Part shown: piece after piece, positions 25,728-32,000 of the stretch
Numbering within the stretch: position 1 is the stretch's first letter
Layout: each line of letters starts with the position of its first letter
Assembly: GCA_022646745.1 (NCBI GenBank)
Contig: CP060262.1
Span: 2,490,001 to 2,522,000 of the forward strand
Direction: 5' to 3'
Length of the DNA stretch: 32,000 nt
Source of the DNA: Planctomycetales bacterium
GTDB taxonomy: Bacteria > 4484-113 > JAFGCY01
Notes under the pieces: generated by a model
The model's input: the letters and a program-made list of their open reading frames with translations, nothing else
Database searches by the model: none
What the model was told of the DNA's origin: nothing
Program-made: the position numbers and the translations under genes

Positions 25728-28040
25728 TCAGAAGCCGCCGTTGAGGTAGTCCACCGGGTTGAAGCAGGAGGTCGGCTTGTTGTGGATGAACAGCACCTTC
25801 TCGGTGATGCCGATGCGATTCTTCACGATGTCCAGCACGGCGAACTCGCTGTTCATCTCGCGGAACTCATCGCTTTGCATGTGCTTCTGCTCGATCTCGG
25901 CCAGCTTCTGCTGGATCTTCGTGACCTTGCCCTCGAGCGGTGTTCCGGAGTAGCTCTCGCGGTAGTACTCCTTCAGCTCATCGAGGTTCGTGCGCAGGCG
26001 CGAGATCATGAACACCGTGTCGGCGAACTGCGTGCTGTGCAGCAGCTCGAGCACGGCCGGGTTGTTCTCCAGGAACTGGTGGGTGCTGTTGCCACGGTTG
26101 AAGTACTCAAAGGTGGCGAGGATGGTGACGTCCAGCTCGCGGGCCATCGCCTTTAAGTGGCTCGTGAGGATGTCAACGTCTATCTCGCGGCCGCCCGTTC
26201 CGTCTCCGTTGAGGCTGGCCTTGCCGCTGCGGGCTCGCAGCATGGCGACCATCAGCTGCAGGGAGTCGATCACCAGAAGCACGCTGGAGTGGTTCGCACC
26301 CTGCTCCTCGAGTTCGAGCTTCTTGTCCAGCACCAGCTGGCGGATCCCCTCCAGGCTGCCGGCTGCGCTGCCTTCGAGGATCGTGATGTTGTCACTGAAG
26401 GTCTGGTACTTCTCGAAGGCCGAGAACATCCTGCGGTTGAATTCCTTGTCCTCGTACAGCTCGGAGGGCTTGCGGCGCTTGTCGTCAATCATCGGGCTGG
26501 GGATCTTGCCGATGTAGGACAGGCTGCGCTTGAAGACCTCCTCCACACCACGCTGCAGGCCGACGAACAGGCACTGCGCGTCACTGTTCATCGCCGCCTC
26601 ATTCATCATCTGCAAGACGAAGGTCGATGTACCGGTGCCGGGGATGCCGGCCACGACGTACAGGTTGCCGGGATACAGGCCACCGGAGAGCGTACGGTTC
26701 AGGTGCTCGCTCTGGGTCGGCAGCACCTGGCGGCGGTCGTCGAACAGGCGGCGCAGTAGCGTCGGGCCGAGCTGCTTCAGGGAGGTGATCCCGCCGGCGG
26801 ACTCAGCCTGGCTGTAGAAGATGTTGGCGATCACGTCCCGCTCGTCAGACTTGGAGTCACGCTCCAGGCTGGCGCGGAAGGACTTGAAGAAGTCACTGGC
26901 CTTGCTGATCGTCTCCGGCCAGCGGCTGCGTGAGGGCAGGTCCGGGCGCCTGAGCGAGAACTCGTGCAGGCGCTGGTAGCTCATCTTCTTGAAGGCCGTG
27001 TAGCTCATGCGGATCTTGTAGATCTCGCGGCCGTCGATTGTCAGGATCGTGCCCGGGATGTTCGTGATCAGGTCCGGGCGGTAGGCTGACAGGTCAATCT
27101 GGCTGAAGGCCGCACTGCGCTCCGGGTTGTCAGGGTCGACACCGATCGTGGCGCAGGTCATGCGGCGGAAGATCTCATGCAGGTTGCGGCTCGGGGTGAT
27201 GCCGAACACGGTGTAGTCCACGTGCACGCTGATGTGCTGGCTGGTGTAATACACCGTCACCGCGTCATAGGGGACGTCGTAGTTCTGCTTGAAGCGCTCG
27301 ACGAGGTCGATCGCCTGGTTGATGGCGTGCACGATCTCGGCGGAGCTGCCGGCCTTGAACACCACGTAGTAGTCGCCCAGCAGCATCACGCGGCTGCTGC
27401 CGATCTGCTTCTGCAGTTCCTCGTGGTTGCCGGTGTTGTACAGGAAGTGCGAGCAGTACACATTGCTTCGGTACTGGCTCATGAATTCCTCGAGCTGGTC
27501 CAGGCGGATCATCAGCCCGCGGCCGAAGCCGCGCTGGCCGGCGTAGTTGATCTGCACCGGGCGCAGCTTGCCGTCGTCACTTTCAGAAGGGGCGAAGTGC
27601 CCGACCTCGACGAAGCGGAACTCACCGAGGTCCTCGCTGGCAATGGCGGACTGGCCAGTGCTTTCAGACACCGATTCACCTGAGTCGGCGGCTCCGCCAC
27701 CGATTTCCTCGAGCTCGACATTGAGCGTGCGGGCGAGGTCGGCGGCCGCCTGGTTGTACTCCTTGCCGAGGATCAGCGCGAACATGGTCAGCAGGTCCTC
27801 CCCGCCGTAGTTCATGTTGCTGGCCTCGCAGTACAGGTTGCGGCAGTAGGCTGTGCGGGAGTCCTGCTCGATCACGAGCGTCATCTTGGAGCGGTCGTTG
27901 CAGACGGGGCAATAAGCCTGGATCTCGTTGTCAGTGGCGTGGTAGTCACCCTTGCTGACACCCAGCTCCTGCAGGAAGGTGGACGCATCGAGCCGGGCCC
28001 GCAGCTTGTCCAGCGATTCCTTCGTGTACTTCTGATTCAT
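25728..28040 (-). CDS. Three-domain protein: CHC2-like primase zinc finger, AEP (PriS)-like domain and DnaB-like SF4 helicase C-terminal domain, with substituted catalytic motifs
   Basis: 770-aa ORF with native GC3-rich codon usage. The zinc finger is AYCPVCNDRSKMTLVIEQDSRTAYCRNLYC...GGEDLLTMFALILGKEYNQAAADLA. The middle segment has LLGDYYVVF, VYYTSQHISVHVD and IDLSAYRPDLITNIPGT in the order of AEP motifs I-III. The C-terminus has GGLYPGNLYVVAGIPGTGTSTF, LLVIDSLQLM, HLKAMARELDVTILATFEYFNR, FADTVFMISR and LDIVKNRIGITEKVLFIHNKPTSCF, colinear with DnaB motifs H1-H4. Confidence 0.85.
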   Translation of the reverse strand: MNQKYTKESLDKLRARLDASTFLQELGVSKGDYHATDNEIQAYCPVCNDRSKMTLVIEQDSRTAYCRNLYCEASNMNYGGEDLLTMFALILGKEYNQAAADLARTLNVELEEIGGGAADSGESVSESTGQSAIASEDLGEFRFVEVGHFAPSESDDGKLRPVQINYAGQRGFGRGLMIRLDQLEEFMSQYRSNVYCSHFLYNTGNHEELQKQIGSSRVMLLGDYYVVFKAGSSAEIVHAINQAIDLVERFKQNYDVPYDAVTVYYTSQHISVHVDYTVFGITPSRNLHEIFRRMTCATIGVDPDNPERSAAFSQIDLSAYRPDLITNIPGTILTIDGREIYKIRMSYTAFKKMSYQRLHEFSLRRPDLPSRSRWPETISKASDFFKSFRASLERDSKSDERDVIANIFYSQAESAGGITSLKQLGPTLLRRLFDDRRQVLPTQSEHLNRTLSGGLYPGNLYVVAGIPGTGTSTFVLQMMNEAAMNSDAQCLFVGLQRGVEEVFKRSLSYIGKIPSPMIDDKRRKPSELYEDKEFNRRMFSAFEKYQTFSDNITILEGSAAGSLEGIRQLVLDKKLELEEQGANHSSVLLVIDSLQLMVAMLRARSGKASLNGDGTGGREIDVDILTSHLKAMARELDVTILATFEYFNRGNSTHQFLENNPAVLELLHSTQFADTVFMISRLRTNLDELKEYYRESYSGTPLEGKVTKIQQKLAEIEQKHMQSDEFREMNSEFAVLDIVKNRIGITEKVLFIHNKPTSCFNPVDYLNGGF

Positions 28041-28167
28041 CTGCTACCTGTCACGACCTTGATTGCCCGAAGGCGCATTTTAGCACGACCACATCCGGCA
28101 GGCGGAAGGCCGGCCCGATGAGATCAGTTGCGTGTCACGACCCAGGCGGCTGCGATGTCCGTGGAAG

Positions 28168-28210
28168 TTATCCACCTGGCTGCTGGATTGTACTGTATTT
28201 CCGTGGATAA
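28168..28210. promoter_or_regulatory. Pair of inverted DnaA-box-like 9-mers
   Basis: TTATCCACC (28168-28176, plus strand) and TTATCCACG (reverse complement of 28202-28210) each match TTATCCACA at 8 of 9 positions. Both are embedded in a repeated TCCGTGGA context, 130-170 bp upstream of the 25728-28040 gene. Confidence 0.35.
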
Positions 28211-28325
28211 GTGCGAATGGCATATCAGCGGAAGTCACACATCAAACCCACCTGAGCTTGATACCCGGAACCGAAGTTCCTACATTTATATGTACATGTC
28301 CCCGGCCAGGTTTCGGTACCTGAGG

Positions 28326-28359
28326 ATTCCGGGAAAATCGGGGGACATTTTGCCGGAAT
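28326..28359 (+). promoter_or_regulatory. Strong stem-loop or palindrome upstream of the TolB-like gene
   Basis: ATTCCGG-g-AAAAT-cgggggac-ATTTT-g-CCGGAAT gives 12 paired positions with one G/G mismatch. It lies 55 bp upstream of the ATG at 28414, and no T-run follows. Confidence 0.3.
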
Positions 28360-28413
28360 TGACCAGACATATTACTTTCTAGCTCCGGGAACAATCGTGC
28401 TACAATTCTCGAT

Positions 28414-29649
28414 ATGCAGATCAAGTCAGTGAACATCAGGATTCCGCTGCTGGCGCTTGCCGGCATTGCCGTCAGCGCGCAGCTGTATGTCGTGCAGGCG
28501 CACACCATCGACGTGGACCAGCTCACAGTGTCTGTGCAGTCGGAAGGTGAGACGGAAGCTGGCAGCACCGCTGGTTCACCGCATGGGCATGGCGCAGCGC
28601 CGCAGCCGCGTGAGACCGTCGGCCCGCTGGACCAGTCCATGCTGCATCCCGAGGAAGTGCACCTGAAGAACGTCCGCCAGCTGACCTTCGGCAATTTCAA
28701 GGATGACCCGCAGATCGCCGCTGCCAATTATGCTGAGGCCTACTGGGCACCGGATGGCCGCAGCCTGATCCTGCAGGCGGCGGTGAACGAGTTCCCCTGC
28801 GACCAGGTGTTCCGCCTGGACCTGCTGACCGGCGCACTGGAGCTGATCAGTTCCGGCGAGGGCCGCGTGACCTGCAGCTACTACACGGCGGACATGCAGC
28901 ACTTCATCTACTCCAGCACGGAGTTCAACAACGGGCCGGAATGCCCGCCGACGCCGGACTTCAGCCGCGGCTATGTCTGGCCGGTGTACGACAGCTATGA
29001 CATCTACCTCGCTGACATCAACACCGGCGAGATGCTGGAGAACCTGACTGACAACCCGGGCTATGATGCCGAGGGTACGATCGACTGGAACACCGGCTGG
29101 CTGTACTACGCCAGCAAGCAGAATGACGACATTGACGTCTACCGCTACAACCTCAACACGAAGGAGCGCGAGCGGCTGACGGATGCCTACGGCTATGACG
29201 GCGGCCCGTTCATCAACTACGACGGCACGAAGATCGTCTACCGCCGCAGCATGTTCAAGGACCAGGCCGAGGAGGACGATTACCGCGCCCTGCTGGCTGA
29301 CAACCTGATCCGCCCCGGCGTGCTTGAGCTGTGGGTGATGGACAGCGACGGCAGCAACAAGCGCGAGCTGACCAACGACGGCGCGGCCAACTTCGCGCCC
29401 TACCTGCACCCTGACAACGACACCGTTGTCTACTGCAGCAACCGCCACGCACCGGACGGGCGCAACTTCGACGTCTACATGCTGAAGCTCAGCCAGCCCG
29501 AAATGGAGCCGGTGCGCATCACCTGGGACGAGGAATTCGACGGCTTCCCGATGTTCAGCCCCGACGGCAAGCACATCGTGTGGTGCGCCAACCGCAATGG
29601 CAGCGTGACCGGCGAGACGAACGTGTTCATCGCGGAGTGGGTGGACTAG
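28414..29649 (+). CDS. TolB-like periplasmic beta-propeller protein (PD40/WD40-like repeats)
   Basis: Signal or anchor sequence MQIKSVNIRIPLLALAGIAVSAQ. Propeller-type repeats include APDGRSLIL, INYDGTKIVYRR, LWVMDSDGSNKRELT, FAPYLHPDNDTVVY and PMFSPDGKHIVW. Confidence 0.75.
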   Translation: MQIKSVNIRIPLLALAGIAVSAQLYVVQAHTIDVDQLTVSVQSEGETEAGSTAGSPHGHGAAPQPRETVGPLDQSMLHPEEVHLKNVRQLTFGNFKDDPQIAAANYAEAYWAPDGRSLILQAAVNEFPCDQVFRLDLLTGALELISSGEGRVTCSYYTADMQHFIYSSTEFNNGPECPPTPDFSRGYVWPVYDSYDIYLADINTGEMLENLTDNPGYDAEGTIDWNTGWLYYASKQNDDIDVYRYNLNTKERERLTDAYGYDGGPFINYDGTKIVYRRSMFKDQAEEDDYRALLADNLIRPGVLELWVMDSDGSNKRELTNDGAANFAPYLHPDNDTVVYCSNRHAPDGRNFDVYMLKLSQPEMEPVRITWDEEFDGFPMFSPDGKHIVWCANRNGSVTGETNVFIAEWVD

Positions 29650-29679
29650 GCAGGGCCCCGGCCATGCTAGGATACGCAG

Positions 29680-30087
29680 ATGCAGGTCGCACACGCTGAA
29701 ATCATTTCGGCCATCAACCAGGCGCTGGCCAGCCGTGGACTGAGCGGCAGGGTGGCGCTGCTCGAAATCGAGCCGCCGCGTGACTGGGGCGTGAGCAGCA
29801 ATGTCTGCTTCATGCTTGGGCGCGAGGCCGCCGCGGATGAGATATCCAGGCAGACCGAGGGGCTCGGCAAGAAGGAAGCCAAGCAGCTCAGCGGCCAGCT
29901 TGCCAACGAGGCAGGCGTGCGGCTGGCGAGTGAACTGGCCGGCGAGCTGCAACGGGCCGCGCTGCCATACATTGGCAGGGTGGAGGCCGAGGGTGCCTAC
30001 CTGAACTTCTACTACGATGCGCAAAGACTCAGTGCGCATGTGCTGAGCAGCGTGCTGGCACAGGGCGCGCAGTTCGGCGGCGAGTAG
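29680..30087 (+). CDS. argS: Arginyl-tRNA synthetase N-terminal (Add-1, tRNA-binding) domain as a stand-alone 135-aa ORF
   Basis: IEPPRDWGVSSNVCFMLGRE and RVEAEGAYLNFYYDAQRLSAHVLSSVLAQGAQFGGE align with E. coli ArgRS QFGDYQANGMMAVAKK and [27 protein letters not shown]...LG. The ORF stops at TAG 30085-30087, exactly where the catalytic core should begin. Confidence 0.6.
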   Translation: MQVAHAEIISAINQALASRGLSGRVALLEIEPPRDWGVSSNVCFMLGREAAADEISRQTEGLGKKEAKQLSGQLANEAGVRLASELAGELQRAALPYIGRVEAEGAYLNFYYDAQRLSAHVLSSVLAQGAQFGGE

Positions 30088-30147
30088 GCAGAAGAAGTTG
30101 GCAGTTGGCAGAAGCAGAAGCAGAAGCAGAATGAGAATCAGGAACAG
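30087..30147 (+). repeat. Purine-rich hexamer microsatellite (GCAGAA-like units) at the left end of the argS insert
   Basis: GGCAGAAGAAGTTGGCAGTTGGCAGAAGCAGAAGCAGAAGCAGAATGAGAATCAGGAACAG. Confidence 0.8.
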
Positions 30148-30335
30148 TGGGCAGGGGAGCGCGTAGCGCAGGCGAAGCCCAAGCTGCGCAGACCATTGCA
30201 GACTTCATCACAGGTCAAACCTGCAAAGTTTGTTGGATCTGGAATTCTGCTTGATTAACCTCCTTTCATTTGGAATCTCTTGATTGCCAACTACGTGATC
30301 GGTCAAGGAAAGCGTAGCTTCCTCACGCCTCCGTT

Positions 30336-30432
30336 GTGCGACTTGCGCCGCACTTCCATTGCCTGGCTTGCGCCAGACCGTCGCGCCGAGCTTGCGCTCG
30401 ACCTCCGCGCCTGGCTTGCGCCAGACCTCCGT
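30336..30432. repeat. Four tandem 24-bp units, each a 5-bp stem with a TTGC-centred loop
   Basis: u0 30336-30359 GTGCGACTTGCGCCGCACTTCCAT. u1 30361-30384 GCCTGGCTTGCGCCAGACCGTCGC. u2 30385-30408 GCCGAGCTTGCGCTCGACCTCCGC. u3 30409-30432 GCCTGGCTTGCGCCAGACCTCCGT. The stems are CTGGC/GCCAG in u1 and u3 and CGAGC/GCTCG in u2. Confidence 0.85.
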
Positions 30433-30768
30433 GCAGTAGAACTGCCGGCAGTTTCCGCATTGCTGCGAATATGTCCTCCGTACACAGGTATTCGCGGGAG
30501 CACCTTCAAGCTCCGCTGGGCCAGTGACCGCCTCCGGAGAGCACACTACCTTGGTTGGTTGCCAGACTTTCGCCAGGCCTCTGAAGCCTGAATGACATCA
30601 GGCCTCCGATGCCGGACTCATATCCAGCCTCCGTGGGACACCGTCCCCGCGTCCGGGATGGCAGTGGGAAAGGGAGCCATCCGTGTCGTACATGTACTTT
30701 CGCTAGCTGTTCCTATTTTCCTTAACAATCGTAAAGTGTCAAGGAATATGAATGTTAAAGTACAAAAA

Positions 30769-30801
30769 GAGCAATGAAGATTGAGCAATGAGCAATGAGC
30801 C
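30769..30801 (+). repeat. Heptamer microsatellite (GAGCAAT-like, 4 units) near the right end of the argS insert
   Basis: GAGCAAT GAAGATT GAGCAAT GAGCAAT GAGCC. AGCAATGAG (30791-30799) can pair with CTCATTGCT (30857-30865). Confidence 0.8.
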
Positions 30802-30900
30802 AGACAGGCACCGAGGTGACATCTGTGCTGGCAGTCTCTTTGATCAGTCTTCAGCACTCATTGCTTCTTCAGCAGGCACTAAAATAGGCAGTCCCTAGCT

Positions 30901-32000
30901 ATGACTGAGTCACTGCACAACAAGCGCCGCATCATGGTTGAGTACGCGCAGCCCAATACCCACAAGGATTTCCACGTGGGACACCTGCGCAACGCGAGCA
31001 TAGGCCAGGCGATCGCCAACCTGCTGGAATTCCAGGGGCACGGCGTGTACAAGGCGACCTACATCGGCGATGTCGGGGCACATGTGGCCAAGGCGATGTG
31101 GGGCGAAATTCACCTCAGCGATCAGCAGTACGCCGATCAGTTCGCCGAGGCGATTGCGGTGAAGGACAGCCCTGACAGGCTGCTGTTCTGGGGCAGCTGC
31201 TACCGTGCAGGCAACCTGTTGTCGGATGATCCTGAGGTCAAGCAGCAGCAGCGCGCCTGGCTGAAGGCCTGGGAGGACAACCCGGATGGCGAGGAGCGCA
31301 GGAGCTGGATGCAGTCGCGCAACGAGTGTGATGAGGCCTTCCGGGCGATCTTCGATGAACTGCTGCTGCAGTTCACCGCGGAGCCGGACCTGTGGTTCTA
31401 CGAGTCCACGGTTGACGACACCAAGCTCGGGCAGAAGACCGCCCAGGAGCTGCTGGAGCGCGGCATCGCTGAAATTGACGACAGCGAGGAATACAAGGGC
31501 TCGATGTTCGTCGACTTCGAGAAGCAGGCTGATGCACTGAAGCCTGACGGCACACCGGTGTTCCGTGACGACGAGAAGAAGAAGATCCGCAAGCTGGGCA
31601 AGATGGTGATCCTGCGCAGCGATGGTACCAGCCTGTACCAGACGAAGGAGCTGGGGCTGGCCAAGCACAAGTTCGACCTGATCCGCGAGACCACCGGCAG
31701 CGAGTTGCAGGAGAGCCTGTACGTCGTCGGCGCTGAGCAGAAGCTGTACTTCCAGCAGGTGCTGGCGATCCTCAGGCTGTGGGGCTTCCCGAACGCGGAG
31801 AACTGCCGCCATATTGACTACGAGCTGGTCGTGCTGCCCGAAGGCAAGATGAGCAGCCGTGCCGGAAGCATCGTGTCCTACCGCGACCTGCGGGATGAGG
31901 CACTGCGCCGCGCGGAGGAGACCGTGCGCGAGAAGGGCATCATCACGGATGAGGCGCAGATCAGGGAGACGGCGCAGGCGATTGCCATCGCAGCGATCAA
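30901..32000 (+). CDS. argS: Arginyl-tRNA synthetase catalytic core (class I), separate ORF; 3' end runs off the window
   Basis: Absent from the ORF track because it has no stop in the window. Hand translation gives MTESLHNKRRIMVEYAQPNTHKDFHVGHLRNASIGQAIANLLEFQGHGVYKATYIGDVG... with the HIGH-type motif HVGH. Later come ILRSDGTSLYQTKELGLAKHK and GKMSSRAGSIVSYRDL, the ArgRS counterpart of KMSKS. It is colinear with E. coli ArgRS from about residue 118 onward. The 300-aa minus-strand ORF 30910-31812 in the track is its antisense shadow. Confidence 0.92.
   Translation, partial: MTESLHNKRRIMVEYAQPNTHKDFHVGHLRNASIGQAIANLLEFQGHGVYKATYIGDVGAHVAKAMWGEIHLSDQQYADQFAEAIAVKDSPDRLLFWGSCYRAGNLLSDDPEVKQQQRAWLKAWEDNPDGEERRSWMQSRNECDEAFRAIFDELLLQFTAEPDLWFYESTVDDTKLGQKTAQELLERGIAEIDDSEEYKGSMFVDFEKQADALKPDGTPVFRDDEKKKIRKLGKMVILRSDGTSLYQTKELGLAKHKFDLIRETTGSELQESLYVVGAEQKLYFQQVLAILRLWGFPNAENCRHIDYELVVLPEGKMSSRAGSIVSYRDLRDEALRRAEETVREKGIITDEAQIRETAQAIAIAAI

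Larger units (their letters stand above)
30088..30900. other. 813-bp lower-GC intervening sequence splitting argS; no convincing ORF; multiple hairpins and tandem repeats
   Basis: It lies between the stop of the N-terminal argS fragment and the ATG of the catalytic fragment. GC is visibly lower (roughly 40-50% in the outer parts) than in the flanks. Stops occur in the two argS frames, and the only ORFs of 100 aa or more (30208-30546 minus, 30280-30591 plus) are driven by a 24-bp repeat. Confidence 0.7.

Noticed and set aside
25728-28040. The primase-helicase-like gene as a marker of an integrated plasmid, phage or genomic island.
   Set aside because: The window has no integrase, recombinase, transposase, tRNA target or flanking direct repeats. 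The codon usage and GC of the gene match its neighbours. I therefore treat it as a resident chromosomal gene, although a larger context could change this.
30208-30591. Two overlapping ORFs inside the insert: 112 aa on the minus strand and 103 aa on the plus strand.
   Set aside because: Both are held open largely by the 24-bp tandem repeat, which reads as 8-aa repeats in either strand. Neither has a Shine-Dalgarno or any recognisable motif. The compensatory stem changes favour a structural constraint rather than a coding one. I did not annotate them as CDS, but this is not excluded.
30088-30900. A group I intron, group II intron or intein as the explanation for the argS interruption.
   Set aside because: Stops in the argS frames rule out an intein. 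There is no GUGYG 5' end, no AY 3' end and no recognisable domain V hairpin for a group II intron. For a group I intron I could not find a U-ending 5' exon and G-ending intron pair that restores the reading frame. The only frame-restoring junction I could build ends the intron in A. This was not tested with covariance models, so it remains formally open.

Overview
High-GC (about 60%), densely coding bacterial chromosomal segment with about 27 protein genes. I found no rRNA, tRNA or CRISPR array, and no transposase, integrase or phage structural genes. Four groups of genes are present. (a) Envelope and secreted proteins: a repeat-rich secreted protein cut by the left edge, a PPC-like lipoprotein, LemA, two tandem paralogous secreted proteins, a gluzincin-type lipoprotein peptidase, an AMIN/secretin-N-like protein without a secretin pore domain, and a TolB-like propeller. 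(b) Housekeeping genes coaD, ogt and argS. (c) A minus-strand operon of CPBP protease, SAM methyltransferase, ABC ATPase and ABC-2 permease. (d) A 1596-aa multi-PAS hybrid histidine kinase, an APH-like kinase, and a His-rich metal permease with an HMA domain placed divergently from a TetR regulator. Two loci are unusual. First, a 770-aa protein (25728-28040, minus) reads as primase zinc finger, then AEP-primase-like domain, then DnaB-like SF4 helicase domain, but the catalytic residues I can inspect are substituted; two inverted DnaA-box-like 9-mers lie upstream. Second, argS is split exactly at the boundary between the N-terminal domain and the catalytic core by an 813-bp lower-GC, apparently non-coding insert (30088-30900). 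That insert carries microsatellite-like ends, several hairpins and four tandem 24-bp hairpin units with compensatory substitutions. A third oddity: three convergent gene pairs end in abutting stop codons inside the same palindrome, CTGATCAG. The ORF track omits both edge-truncated genes (1-1397 minus, 30901-32000 plus), and many of its long ORFs are antisense shadows of real genes. All family assignments are motif recognition by eye; no searches were run.
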